From Dictyostelium discoideum (taxonomy: Eukaryota), in contig CM000155.2 in NCBI GenBank assembly GCA_000004695.1, positions 288,001 through 352,000 of the forward strand: DNA of 64,000 nt. The letters are read 5' to 3'. Position numbers and translations under genes: made by a program. Positions 25,947-39,464 of the stretch are shown piece after piece (position 1 is the stretch's first letter; every line of letters begins with the position of its first letter). The notes beneath the pieces were generated by a model. It was not told where the DNA came from and searched no databases. It saw only the letters and a list, made by a program, of their open reading frames with translations.

Positions 25947-28900
25947 TTAATCATATAAATTAATACGTTGATCATGATTTGCACCAGTTAATTTTAAGAA
26001 AACTGATTCTAAAGATGTTTGACCAACGTTATAATCATCTAAAATTGGTAAATTTGATAAAATTGAAAAGATATTTGATAATTTAATTGGATTTCCAGGT
26101 GGATTTGGTACTTCGAAACTTGCCATAACATCATGTTGATCCAAAACTGTACAATTTGGTATTGATTGTAATATTGTTTGAATACCAGTTTCCAAATATT
26201 CTTTTTTAAATTTAACATCAATTGAATAACCAGCACCAAAACGATTCTTTACACCTTGAATTGTATTTAAACATGTATATTTACCTTCTTTCATAATTGT
26301 AATACGACCTAAGAAAAAAAAAAAAAAAAAAATTAAAATTAAATATTAATAACAAAAAAAGATTATCATTTTTAAATAATAATAAAATATAAAATATATA
26401 ATATACATACTACATAATGCTTCAACTTCACTCATTGAATGACTTGTTAAAATTATTGATTTATCTTTACCTAATTCACTAATTACATCCCAAAGTTGTC
26501 TTCTAACAACAGCATCACAACCACAAGAAATTTCATCCAAGAAACAAACTGATGGATTACCGAGCATTGCCATTGATAATGAAACTTTTCTTTTATTACC
26601 ACCTGAATAACCACCACAACCACTATTTGCAATACGAGTTAAATCAACCATTTTAATGAAAGCTTCAACACAATTTTCAATTTGACTCTCTTTAATACCT
26701 TTGATTCTAGAGAATAACCATAGATGTTCACGAGCTGATAATAATGAAATGAGAGCATCAAATTGGAATACCATTGAAATATTACCAAGTGCTTTCTCTC
26801 TATTGGTAATAACATCATAACCATTGATTGAAATTTCACCACTTGAAGGTACAATCTCACCAGATAACATTGATAGTGTAGTTGATTTACCACCACCATT
26901 TAAACCCAATAAACCAAATGTTTGACCACGTGGAATACCCAATGTTGAATTGTATACAGCAGTTTTTGATGGATTTTTACCTGAACCTGGGAATAGCTTA
27001 TGAAGATTTTTAAATTGAATTGGTTCTTCCGATGGTCTCATATTTAGTAATCTTCTTCTCTCTTGTGATACATCATAATCTTCATCTTGTGGTGGTGATG
27101 GTGCAGGTAAATTCTTTGGATTCTTAAAGAAACCTTTAATTTGTGGTACATAATCCAATAGTAATATCCAAACATTCCAAAGTACTGCATGACCTGCCAA
27201 AACAATCAATGGTGTACCTAAATAATCAAATGACCAATAGTTATCAACTTTAAAAGTACCCAAACGAGTTGAACCTGGGAAACCAGATAAAATGAAAACA
27301 ATTCTATTCAATGCAAAAATCGGACTAATAATTGAAAATATCAAATCAATAATATCGGCAACTTTTTGAGTTGTACTATTTTGATTGACCACAGCTTGAA
27401 TACGTACATTTAAACTTGCAATTGTAAATACTAAACCAAAAACAAATAAAATTGCAGTGATTGCACCAACTGCTTTACCATAGGTTTGAAATTTATAAGA
27501 CATTAAATAACCCAATGGTATAATTGCACAACTTAATAAAATTAAACATAATAAAAATGAACCAAATTGTTCTTTAAATGCACCTTTAATCACTCCTGCT
27601 AAAATTGAACAACTTAAAATTGAAATTATAAATGCAAAGAAAAAATCCCAAACTAAATTTGATAACCAATAAATATGTTTTTTACAACCTGAAACATATA
27701 ATAATCTTTTAACTCTATTTGTACGTTCTTGAGCTATACTACCAGCAAATGAACCTGCCATCAATGAAAAACCTGCCATTAAAATAAATACAAAATAAAT
27801 AATTGCTGATGCATTTATATCTGAACTTGAAATTTCAAATGCTGTTAAAATATGATCAAATGGCATACTTGTAACTGAAATACTAATATTTTTAAATTTT
27901 CTTAATAATGCATCATTAATTAAATTAACATGAATCGGAAATGAATGAATATAATCTGAATTATAATATGCAATATATGAACAATTTGTTGATTGACCAT
28001 TATTATTATCATCAATGCTAATTGGTTGATTTGTAAAATTAATTGCACCAATTGATAATTTATAATTATCAATTAAATAATCATTAAAATTTATAGATTC
28101 ATTAATATATTTAAATTTATTAAAATATGGTGAATTATTAAATAAATTTGACCATTCTAATTCATTGTTTAATAATTGCATTGGTACATTAATAGTGTTA
28201 TCACTATCAGTATAAATTGATAATGACATTGTTAATGGTTGAGTTGAATTATTATAAAATAAAACTTGTTTTTGATCATTCATTGATTTATATAAAATAA
28301 TTGAACCAATAATTAATGCCATTGGTAAAATAATTGATAAAAAGAATGATCTTGCATCTTTTTTAGATTGTTGAATACGTTTAATTAATAAACCTTTAAA
28401 TTGTTGAATTTGATTAATACCATCTGATGGTGTTGCAATTGCTAATTTTAATGATTCCATTTCATTTTGTTTATTGAATTCATTATTACCATTAGCATTA
28501 TTATTTAATTTTTTAGAATCTTCTTGACCTAATGAAATGAAAACTTCTTCAAGACTTGTTACTGATATACCATAAGTTTGAATTGAAAATTTTGATAAAT
28601 TTAAATCAAATTCTGTAAAAAATTGTGGGAAATTTGATAATGATTCAGTTGGTAAACGATAACTTAGTTCTGCACCAGAATCTGTTAAAATTGATGCACC
28701 AGGTATAAAATTTTTAATAAACTCTGAAACTTGATTCGTATTGAAACCATTGCTAGCATTTTCTAATTTTTTATTACATGTTAAAAGATAACCTTGACCA
28801 AATCTATTCTTTAAAAATAATGAAGTACCATCACAACGTAATTTACCTTGTGAAATAATTGCAATACGATCACCTAAATAATCTGCCTCCTCTAAATAAT

Positions 28901-29711
28901 GAGTTGTAAGAATGATGGTTTTACCTTTTTTATATTTTAATAGAAAATCCCAAACTTGTCTTCTACTAACTGGATCCATACCAGAGGTGACTTCATCCAA
29001 GAAAATGATTTTAGATCTACCAATAAATGCAATACCTAAACAAAGTTTACGTTTTTGTCCACCTGAAAGACTACCAGCTGGTGCATTCATTTTCTCGGCT
29101 AATCCAACCTCTGTTGCCATTCTTTCAGCCTCTCTTTGAATATTTCTACCCTCAACGCCTTTTAATGATGCGTAAATAACCAAATGTTCCAATACTGTCA
29201 ATTGTGACCAAATGATATCAGTTTGTAAGCAGCAACCAATGTATGGTCTAATCTTTGACATTTGGCTTGTAATATCGTAACCACGAATAAATGCACTTCC
29301 ACTAGTTGGTGATATTAAACCTGTCAACATACCAATCGTTGTTGATTTACCACACCCATTGGGTCCTAACAATGCATGAATTTGATCTTCAAACATATCC
29401 AAATATAAATCATTAACTGCAACTCTCAATCCATCACCAGTTTCAAATTCTTTTCTTAAATTACGAATTGATATAGTTGAATTTTTCAATACTTTCAATG
29501 GTATAGTCTCAACATCTTCACTATCAAATGTTGATTCAATATCATCAATTTCACCAATACTTCTTTTCTTTCCAAACCAATAATTTTTTGTAAATAAAAA
29601 ATAAAATTTCTCTTTTGTACCATATTCACCTGGTATAACTTTTTCAAAATACCAAATTAATATAATATAAATTATAATATCAATTCCTAACATTAAAATA
29701 CTTTGACTATT

Positions 29712-29759
<48 letters not shown>

Positions 29760-31147
29760 CCATAATAATTTATTTTTTTATAAAAAAAAAAAAAAAATAC
29801 TTACTTTTCAGTTACAATATAATCCCAATTTAAATTTAAAATCATTGTTAAATCTTTAACAGACATAATATAAATTGAATTTGAAAATGCAATTGGTGAA
29901 AATATTGAAAGTAATAATTTTACAGAAACACTAAATTCATTTTTTGAAACGAAAATACCACAAATATTAATTGCAATTACAATTACAAATGATAATAAAC
30001 CACAAAATTTGGAATTATTAAAAAATATACTAAAAATAAATGATAATAATAATAATGTTATCAAGTATAATACAAATGTTATGATTACAATACCCCAACT
30101 TGTAGAATAAATTAATTGACTACCTTTAAATATGACAACAATTAATAGTGTGACTGGCAATGATGTTATTAAACTTGTGATAATCCATGAACTGAAATAC
30201 GCCAATGAATTCAATGACATCATTCTCATTGCTTCTACAATTTTAGTTTCTTTTTCAATTACAACATCTGTAACTAGCCTAAAACTAAACATCATCAATG
30301 CCGCTGTAATGAACACACTTCCTGCTGACTTAATAATTGCGTCTCTTCCTGTTATCCATTCTTGCCATAGCTCTGTATATGGATCTGGGTAATGTCTACC
30401 TGATATATTTAATACCATATCCAATCCAAAGTATCCAAAAATAGCTTGATCCATTGCAACTTGAATCGATGCGAAATTATCATTTAAATAGATACTACTA
30501 TCACCTCCATCAACTTTACCAGTTTCTGATGTGTCTGCTGTATCGTCACTATCTAATCTAATATTATACCCGAATTGGCCACCTGCTGCTATTGGGTCAT
30601 TATTATTACCACCACCACCACCATTAGTGCTACTATTAAACCAAACACCACCATAAACCATCATTGAATAATTTTTGAAAAATGATTCCATTAAAGTACG
30701 ATCATTAATTTCCATGAAAAAATCTTGAACCTCTGCTACTGTTAAACCTCTAGCAGTTGCAACTTGTTCTTTCATTGTTTCAATTACACCACTTTGATCA
30801 TTATTTAATGATCCTTCACTACCATATAATAATTTATTTTCAGGTCCAACTCTTCTTGAAAATGTTGTTACATCAATTGAGTTATAATCAGAATTTGTAA
30901 CTTTAATTAAAGCTTTAATAAATAAATAAATAAATAAATAAAATAAATAATTAGTTTTCCATAATTTATTTTTTTAAAAAAAAAAAAAATAAAAAAAAAA
31001 AAAAAAAAAAAACTTACCTAAAATTGCAAATAATACACCAATAATTACAATCGGAAAAACAATTTCACAACAAATTGAACATTTTGATTTCCCTTTTAAT
31101 AAAAGATTCTTTTTTAATAAAGTTTTTAATTGTCTTCCAAATTCCAT
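25947..31147 (-). CDS. ABC transporter, A subfamily (full-size TMD-NBD-TMD-NBD); four exons, 31018..31147, 29805..30912, 26411..29706 and 25947..26308
   Basis: Exon 1 MEFGRQLKTLLKKNLLLKGKSKC... is a typical ABCA N-terminus, ending at donor G|GTAAGT. Exon 2 has the large extracellular loop and TMD1, ending at donor AA|GTAAGT at 29804. Exon 3 carries NBD1 (GPNGCGKSTT, LSGGQKRKL), TMD2 and NBD2 (GLNGGGKSTT, YSGGNKRK), ending at donor A|GTATGT. Exon 4 is the ABCA C-terminal block RITIMKEGKYTCLNTIQGVKNRFGAGY. An alternative exon-2 acceptor 12 nt downstream is also in frame. About 1631 aa. Confidence 0.85.
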
Positions 31148-31231
31148 TTTTGGATAAAAAAAAAAAGAAAAAAAAAAAAAAAAAAAAATTTATAAAAAAA
31201 AAATAGATTTAATACAAATAAAAAAAAAAAA

Positions 31232-31268
<37 letters not shown>

Positions 31269-31297
31269 GTTGGGGTTTAAAAATAGGTTATAATTAG

Positions 31298-31329
<32 letters not shown>

Positions 31330-31622
31330 GTCAAAATAATGGATTTAAGAATAAAAAAAAAAAATTAATAAAAAAAAAAAAAATTAAATAAAAAAAAATA
31401 AAATGAATAAAAAATAAGATATTAGCTATTATATATATAACCTTGGATTAAAAATAATCATAAATTCTTACCTTTAAGATCAAAATAGGAGGAGTGTGTT
31501 GGAACCGTATAAAAAAAAAAAAAAAATTAAAAATAGAAAATGTAATGTTATATTAATAAATTTTTTTATTTTTTTTAATTTTTTTTTTTTTTACTGATTT
31601 TTTGAGTAATCCCAAAAAAAAA

Positions 31623-31653
<31 letters not shown>

Positions 31654-32737
31654 AATATAAAATTTTTTTTTAAAACAAAAATAAAAACAATTGTTTAAAT
31701 TACTATGATATTTATTTATTGCAACCCCTTTGTGATTTAATTGTTTTTATTTATTTTTTTATTTTTTGAAATTTACAATCAAAAAAATCTTTTTTCTGTT
31801 TAAAAATCTAGATTTTTTTTTTTTTTTTTTTATTTGATAACTTATGAAACTTTTATACCATATCTTATTTTTTATTATTATTATTATTATTTTTATTTTT
31901 ATTTTTATTATTTAAAGGTTGACAGTCCAATTTTTACTATTTGCATCTAATTGTTTATATCTCATTAATTCTTTAATTCCTGAATCAACCTCTATTATAT
32001 ACATATTTAATTTTTTTTCATCTATTTCATTTCTGTTTTTTCTAAATTCTATGTGTATATATTTGTGTTAGTTTTTATTTTTTTTTTTTTTTATTTTTTA
32101 TTTTTTATTTTTTTTTTTTTTTTACCTTCTCTTGTAGTAGTTAGTAATCTAAATCTACTCTTTGATGGATAACTTGGTAAATTTCTAATTAAAAATCTAT
32201 ATTTATGAATCATAACATTCCCACTCATCATCTTTGAAATTTTATTATTTACAAATTAAAAAAAAAAAAAAAAAAAATAAAATGAAAAAAAAAAAAAAAA
32301 TGAAAATGAAATGAAATAAAAATAAAAAAAAAAAAAAAAACAAAAATAGTGTTTTTGGATTTAAAAACAAAAAATAAAAAATAAAATAAAAAATAAAAAA
32401 ATGAATTTAAATTAAAAAGATAATTAATTTTAATTTAGTAGTATTATTATTATTATTATTATTATTTGATGCGATTTATTGGATAAATTAAAATCTATAT
32501 ATAATAATAAAAATAAAAATAAAAAAAAAATAAAAAAAAATAAAATAAAAAATAAAATAAAAATAAAAAGATCTTGACTCGTTTTTTAAAAAAAAAAAAT
32601 TATTTTTTTTTATTTTTTTTTTTATTTTTATTTTTATTTTTATTTTTAAAAAAAAAAAAAACCGACTGTTTTTTTTTTGAATTTTTTTTTTTTATTTTTG
32701 TTTGTCCCAACATATTTATATATAATTAATACCAAAA

Positions 32738-34210
32738 ATGGATAATAAATCATTATATGTTGTTAAACAATTTTTAGGTAGTAATAAAAGCCTTTCAAAA
32801 GTACTCGATACTTTTACTGCTCAAACAAAATCAATTAAAATTGAAAATGTTGAAATTCCATCATTAGAAAAATTGATTGAATTTTATATTAATGAAAAGT
32901 AAGATTTTATTTAATTTTATCCCACCATTAATTTTCAAAAAAATAAAAATAAAAATAAATAAAAAAACAAATATATAAATTTAATATTCTAATTTTTAAT
33001 ATTTTTAATATTTTTTTTATTTTTTAGTAAATCAAAAGATAATAAAAAGAGACCATTAGATGAAAAAGAAGAAGAAAAATCATCAAAAAAACATAAAGTA
33101 GAGAAAGATTCATCAGATTCATCAGACTCATCAGACTCTGAATCAGACTCTTCAGATTCAGAAGATGAAAAAGAAAAAGAAATGAAAGTTGATAAAAAAA
33201 CTGAAGATTCTTCATCATCATCAGAAAGTGACACTGAATCATCATCATCTTCAGAATCAGAAGATGAAAAGAAAAAAGAAAAAGAATCAGATGATTCATC
33301 ATCATCAGAATCTGAAAGTGATTCATCATCATCAGAATCAGAATCAGAATCATCAGAATCATCATCATCATCAGAAAGCGAATCTGAGGATGAAAAGAAA
33401 AAAGAATCATCTGACTCTTCAGATAGTGAATCTGAAGATGAAAAAAAGAAAAAAGTAGAATCATCTGATTCTTCATCATCAGAATCAGAATCATCAGACT
33501 CTTCAGATAGTGAATCTGAAGATGAAAAAAAGAAAAAAGTAGAATCATCTGACTCTTCATCATCAGAATCAGAATCATCATCATCATCATCATCAGACTC
33601 ATCAGACTCTTCAGATAGCGAATCTGAAGATGAAAAAAAGAAAAAAGTTGAAAAATCATCAGATAAAGAAACTTCATCAGAATCAGAATCAGAAGATAGT
33701 GATGACGAAAAAGATAAAAAAAAATCAAAAAAAGAAGATAAAAAAGAAAATAAAAAACAAGAAGAAAAAAAAAAACCAATTGAAAAAGACTCAGATGAAG
33801 ATAGTGATGATGAAATGAAAGTAGTTGAACAACCAAAAAAACAAGAAATTAAACAACAACAACAACAACAAACTGTAAATAAAAATAATAGTAATAATAA
33901 TAATAAAATAGATTGGAAATCAAATCAAGATTATAATTCATATAGTAAATCAGAAACACCAGCTAAAAGAGGTAGTAATGCACCATTCCGTAGAGTTAGA
34001 GAAGAGGATGTAGTTTTTGATGAACATTTTACAAGTGAAGGTGCCAATCGTGAATGGACTGATGCTTGGGGTGTAAAAGTACAAAATCGTCTCTCCAAAA
34101 AAGTTGGTGACCAATTCCGTAAAGGTAAAAATAAGATGAAGAAAGGTACCTATACCGATTCAACAATTTGTGAAGAATCATCTGCATATGTTTATCCAGA
34201 TTCTGATTAA
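32738..34210 (+). CDS. Nopp140/SRP40-like nucleolar phosphoprotein (LisH-like N-terminus, Ser/Asp/Glu-rich acidic repeats, SRP40 C-terminal domain); two exons, 32738..32898 and 33028..34210
   Basis: Exon 1 MDNKSLYVVKQFLGSNKSLSK... ends at donor AA|GTAAGA; acceptor TTTTTAG at 33026-33027. Long (SSSSESESD / EDEKKKK) acidic-basic alternating repeats follow. The conserved C-terminal block is NAPFRRVREEDVVFDEHF...AWGVKVQNRLSKKVGDQFRKGKNKMKKGTY. Confidence 0.65.
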
Positions 34211-34305
34211 ATTAAATTATTAAAAATTAAAAAAAAATAAAATAAAATAAAATAAAAAGCTTTTTAAAATAAATTAAAAATAATTATTATTTATTCATTT
34301 TATAA

Positions 34306-34809
34306 TTATAATTCATCTCTTTTTTTTAAAGATTTTAAAAATTGATCAGTCATTAAATTTAAATTCCTGAAAAATGAATCGGTTAATTGATGTGATCTTT
34401 CTTCTTTTTTATAAAATCTTTCTTGAATTGTATCACCTATTGCTAATTCCTAATTATATATATATTTGTAATTGTGTGTATTAATAGGTAAGTAACTTAA
34501 AAAAAATAAATAATAATAATAATATTTATTTACCAATGGTTTAAAACTTTTATTTGCTTTGTGATAAAGGTTTAAAACTTGTTCATAATGATGTTCTAAA
34601 ATGTGCTCTATGAAATCACAAAATATAGGGATACCATTTTCATTTTTTATTAATGCTAAAGATTTATCATAACAAATCTCTTTCATAAAATTTGAAATAT
34701 CTTTATAATCATATGTTTCAGTTATGGGTGATTGAAGTGATGTTGATGTTGATGTTGATATTGATAATAAAAAAATTATGAAAATAATAAATAAAATATT
34801 TTTAAACAT
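34306..34809 (-). CDS. Small secreted/ER-lumenal protein (signal peptide, ~115-aa mature part, C-terminal RDEL); two exons, 34534..34809 and 34306..34449
   Basis: ATG at 34809 and signal peptide MFKNILFIIFIIFLLSISTSTSTS. Donor TTG|GTAAAT at 34533, AT intron, acceptor AATTAG at 34451-34450 (phase 0). The second exon is ELAIGDTIQERFYKKEERSHQLTDSFFRNLNLMTDQFLKSLKKRDEL*. Only two Cys residues are present. Confidence 0.5.
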
Positions 34810-35422
34810 TCTTTTATTTTTTTATTTTTTTATTTTTTTGTTTTCTTAGTTCATTGTTATGGATTGGGGTTAGAAAAAAAAAAAAAAAAAAACAAATTAA
34901 AATTGTGGCATTTAAATGTTAAAAAAACCCATAAAAAAAAAAAAAAAAAAAAAATATTGTTGGATAAATTTTTTTTTTTATTTTTTTATTTTAACAAAAT
35001 ACCACAATTTAGAAACTCTGTTAAATATTTATTTTAATTTTATTTTGTAGAAACTGGTTTTAATTGTTTAAAACATAGGCATAAAAGCAAATTCTTTTTT
35101 TTGTAATCTTAAAATTCTCACTTTTAACAAAATCCCACATTTTGAATTTGTTGTGTAAAAAAAAATTAATTTTTTTTTACACAACAATAATATTGAAGCA
35201 ATCATGAAGATTTGAAAATTTGAATATTATCAGTTCGAATCTATTTTCATATTGAGGAGTTTTTGATATATTTTTATGAGTCTCTTTTAGGTTTTGGTTC
35301 TTTCTTGAGGTTTGTAATCTTAGAAAAAAATTTCAAAAATGTTGGGTATAAAAAAACTACTTTTCAGTTGAAATAAAAAATTATTGTAATATCGAGGTAT
35401 TAAACTTAGCTTTTCAACTAAA

Positions 35423-35494
35423 TCCTCATTGGTGTAGTCGGTAACACTCTAGTCTTTCACACTGGTACCTCGGGTTCGATTCCCGAATGGGGAG
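35423..35494 (+). tRNA. tRNA-Glu (anticodon TTC)
   Basis: Fold: acceptor TCCTCAT/ATGGGGA, D arm GTGT-AGTCGGTA-ACAC, anticodon stem CTAGT/ACTGG with loop CTTTCAC, variable TACC, T arm TCGGG-TTCGATT-CCCGA, discriminator G. 72 nt. Confidence 0.9.
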
Positions 35495-35524
35495 CTTTTT
35501 AAAAAATATATTTGGTAGATCACT

Positions 35525-35535
35525 GGTTCGATTCT
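35525..35535 (+). promoter_or_regulatory. External B box (ex-B), GGTTCGATTCT, 31-41 nt downstream of tRNA-Glu
   Basis: Identical 11-mer to the one downstream of tRNA-Leu. The surrounding sequence does not fold as a tRNA. Confidence 0.6.
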
Positions 35536-35579
35536 AATAGCGAGAATGAAATTGCAGATAAATCTATTTTTTATTATCA

Positions 35580-35810
35580 ATAACATCTTCTTTTAGATAA
35601 TTGGAGTTCGATAGGGTTGTACCTATCAGGCTTTGTAGAAAGCTTTTTGATGGAGTAGCTGGTGTGGCTGGTCAGTATGGGATTCTCCTCTCCCAATTGG
35701 GCACACGAAAGAACTAGATCCAACAATAAAACCACTAACACAATTAAACCTATAATACCGCCATATATCATAAATAAACCTATTAATCTTTGTTTATCTC
35801 CATTAAAGGA
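35580..35810. other. GC-richer (~45% GC) non-coding island 90-300 bp downstream of tRNA-Glu; candidate remnant of a tRNA-gene-targeted retroelement (TRE3-type) or a small ncRNA
   Basis: Base composition shifts sharply against the ~15-20% GC flanks. The only ORF (35577..35813) starts at TTG, not ATG. Its position relative to the tRNA and ex-B box fits downstream-targeting TRE3 elements. Confidence 0.3.
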
Positions 35811-35965
35811 CAAACATTTATTAATGAATATTAAAAATAAATAAATAAATAAAAACCTTTTTTAGACTCATTGGTTAGAATCTTAAGTTTTTTTTTTTTA
35901 GATATCTAAAAATTGTGATATGGTAAAAAGAATATCTTTTTTTTTTATTTTTTATTTTATTACTT

Positions 35966-36210
35966 TTATTTATTATTTCTTTTTGTAATTTTTAAATTAT
36001 GAGAAGAAGGGTGAATAATAATACCAAAATCTTCCAATTCATTTATTTTTTTACCATCCCATGATTCAATTTTGAAATTATAAACTAAATTTGCACAAAC
36101 GATATATAACTCTGCTTCACCTAATTGTACACCAACACATCCCCTTCTACCAGTTGAAAATGGAATTGAAATTTTATCTAAATCATTATAATATTTATGT
36201 TTATTATTAC

Positions 36211-36255
<45 letters not shown>

Positions 36256-36310
36256 ATTCTAAATTAATTTTTTGTTGTTCTTGTTCTTGTTGTTCTTGTT
36301 GTAGTTGTAG

Positions 36311-36358
<48 letters not shown>

Positions 36359-37932
36359 TAAATCATTTTGAAATGATTTTAATTTTTGATATTCCAACCA
36401 ACGATAAGGATTAAAAGTTGTAGGATCATCTATTAATTGATCAGAATTTGAAAGACCATAAATATTTTCAATGATTTGAGTTCCTTTTGGAATTCTATAA
36501 CCATTTACAAAAGTATCATCATTTGCAATACGTGGTAAACCTAATGATGTAACTGGTTTAATTCTTAAAACTTCTTTAATGCATGCATTTAAAAATGGTG
36601 TTTTACTTGAATATTCGTCACCAAATCCTATTGCTGTTGTTATTGTTGAATTATTATTATTATTATCAGTATTATTAGAATTACTAAAAGCATTAAATAA
36701 TTCATTAAAACATTTTTCTTGAATTATTGGATTATTTGATATATAAACTAAAAACCATTCAATTGTAACACCAACAGTATCACTACCAGCAATTAAAAAA
36801 TCAATACAAGTTTGAATGATTATATCCTCTTTAGAATCATTAGTTGACATTATCAATAGATCCATTATATCTTTTGGAGGACTATTTAAATCTAAATTCA
36901 ATAGATGGTCATCATAAATCTCTTTAATATACTCTCTAACTTGCTTTAATGTTTGATCGAATCTTTTATTCTTTAAATAAAATAATGGTCTAACCAATGG
37001 AACGAAATCACAAAAATTACTTGACCCTAAATGTTTTAATATCATCTCTTTTGGTTTTGTCAATCTTGCCATATCACCCTCATTAACATCCTCATCATTC
37101 TTTATCTCTTTACTAAATGCAATCATACAAACTACATTTAATGTTAATTTATGAATATATTTCTTTGGATTAAACTAAAAAAATAAAAAAAATAAAAAAA
37201 ATAAAAGGTTAACATATGTAATTTAATTATTAATTAATTATATATATATATTTACAGGTTTATTATTAATTGAATAATTATTCATTGTATTAATTAAATA
37301 ATTTGTTTGAGTTTCTAATAAGTTTGAAATTCCTTTAACTTTTGATTTTGTGAAGGATGAAGAAACTAATTTTCTAAGTTCTGACCAAAGTGGATAATCA
37401 CTAAATGATAAATTTCTAAAACCTGATGAGAATTGATCTAAACTATTAAAGTGTGGTCTATTTGTAAAATTTAGAAATTGTTTACACCATACTTCATTAA
37501 CATGATCAGGATCAGTCAAAACAACTGTTGGATATTCTCCCATCCAAATCTTAAAAATTCCACCGTATCGTTTTGATAATTCTAAAAATGATCTATTTGG
37601 TCTATCACCTAATAAATATAAATGTCCTATTAATGGTAATGCTAATTTTGGTGTTGGTGGTTCATCTTTTAATTTTTTATTTTTTTTAATCTATTTTTAA
37701 ATAAATAAAATAAATAAATAAAATTAATAAATAAATTAAAAAAGGGTAGTGGTGGTGCGTAAAAAAAAAAAGTTTTGAAAAAAAAAAAGATATTTTTTTT
37801 TTTTTTTTTTTTTTTTGGGAATAAAAAATATTAAAAAAATGAAAAAATAAAATAAAATTAATAAAAGATATTTACCAAATCGAATAATAAATAAATAATG
37901 CAAATAAAAAAAGTTAAAACAAATACATTCAT
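35966..37932 (-). CDS. Cytochrome P450 monooxygenase; three exons, 37876..37932, 37256..37690 and 35966..37174
   Basis: Exon 1 is the membrane anchor MNVFVLTFFICIIYLLFDL, ending at donor GTAAAT. Exon 2 reads IKKNKKLKDEPPTPKLALPLIGHLYLL...WMGEYPTVVL, ending at donor CCT|GTAAAT at 37255. Exon 3 holds the I-helix AGSDTVGVTIEW, EVLR, and the heme loop FSTGRRGCVGVQLGEAELY, with embedded poly-Q and poly-N tracts. All junctions are phase 0. Confidence 0.85.
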
Positions 37933-38387
37933 TTTGAGTGTAAAATTATTTTTTTTTTAAACTTTAAAACTTTTTTTTTTTTTTTTTCCTGATTTTTTTT
38001 CTTATCGACCTATTTTTTTTATAAAAAAAATTAAATAAAAAATAAAAAAAAAAAACATTTTATCGTTTTAAAAATAAAATGAAAAAAAAATTAATTAAAA
38101 AAAAAATTAAAAATAAAAAAAAAAAAATCGTTTCGTCGATTTGAAAGGTTTTTTAAAATGAAAAAAAAAAAAAAAAAAATGAAAATAAAATATCTGGAGG
38201 CCAGCCGAATTAGTCACCTGAATATTTTTATTTTCTAAAAAGCGAAACGAAAATCCAGCATTAAAATAACATTTAAAATAAAATGTTATTTTAATGGTGT
38301 TTTTAATATATTTAAATTACCATTAAAATGAAATTTTAATAATTGAAAAAAAAAAAAAAAAAAATTATATTTCATTTAAATAATAAA

Positions 38388-38452
<65 letters not shown>

Positions 38453-38457
38453 ATATT
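38388..38457. repeat. (AAAT)n microsatellite
   Basis: Directly visible aaataaataaat... run 3' of the IPT/TIG gene. Confidence 0.9.
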
Positions 38458-38533
38458 TGCCAACAAAAATTCATTTCGGAAAAAAAGATTTTTATTTTTT
38501 TTTATTTTAATTTTTTGGGGGAGGGGTTTGATT

Positions 38534-39431
38534 TTAAAATAGTAATACAATTAAAATTAAAATAAATATTAAATTAATATTATTATTTAATGAATTTGTT
38601 ATTGTTAAATTTAATTGATTATTATTTTTTGAATAATCAGTTTCATCAATGAATTGATTTTCATTAATTATAATTTCATTTGAAGAAATACCACCAAAAC
38701 CACCAAAAGAAAATGATAATTTATATGTTGATTTATTTATTCTTATTTTCCTTTCAATAAAATTAAAAATAAATAAACCATTTTTTTCAAAATTATTTAT
38801 TGATGATGATGTTGATAAAAGAAAATGACTAAATGGTATTGAAGTACCATCTAATTTTGATAATAAATTTAATGATGAATATGAATCAATTGAAATTTCA
38901 TTACAATTTAATGAACCATTTATATAAATTTTTGAAATATAAAAATTATTTTCAAAATTTCCATTTTCATCTTGAAAATTTTCTTTACCAATTCTAACAT
39001 CATAAATTATTGGTTTAACCAAGAATCTATAATTAACATTTGTAAATATATCACCAACATAATTAATTAAATCACATTTATTAATTACAATTTCATTTAA
39101 ATTACTATTATTGCATATCATTGTATTTGTATAAATTATATTTTCATTATTATCATCATCATCATCATCATCATCATTATTATTATAATTATTAATACTA
39201 TTTATACAATTTAATTTATTATTTAAATAAGTAATATTTGATGATAATGATAAATTTAAACCAGTAATTAAAAATTGATTATTAATAAAATTAATATTTT
39301 GAATTATTTGATTTGGTAAATTTATAAAATAACTATTATTTGATTTTACATTAAAAAATGTAAAATAAATATTAAAAATACCATTACTTTGTAAAGGTTT
39401 TGAATTAAATTGAAATTTAAAATTTAAAATA

Positions 39432-39464
<33 letters not shown>

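Noticed and set aside
33024-33836. ORFs antisense/off-frame inside the Nopp140-like gene (32989..33234-, 33024..33836-, 33189..33458+, 33630..33818+)
   Set aside because: Products of the repetitive Ser/Asp/Glu/Lys codon tracts; the sense frame has the conserved SRP40 C-terminal domain.
35515-35555. Second tRNA-like signal right after tRNA-Glu (…GGTAGATCACTGGTTCGATTCTAATAGCGAG)
   Set aside because: Only the T-loop/B-box part is tRNA-like and the flanking arms do not pair. I interpret it as the external B box, not a tRNA gene or pseudogene.
35577-35844. ORFs 35577..35813(-) and 35662..35844(+)
   Set aside because: The minus ORF's Met is a TTG codon and there is no ATG. It lies in the GC-rich island and is better explained as a repeat remnant or ncRNA than as a coding gene.
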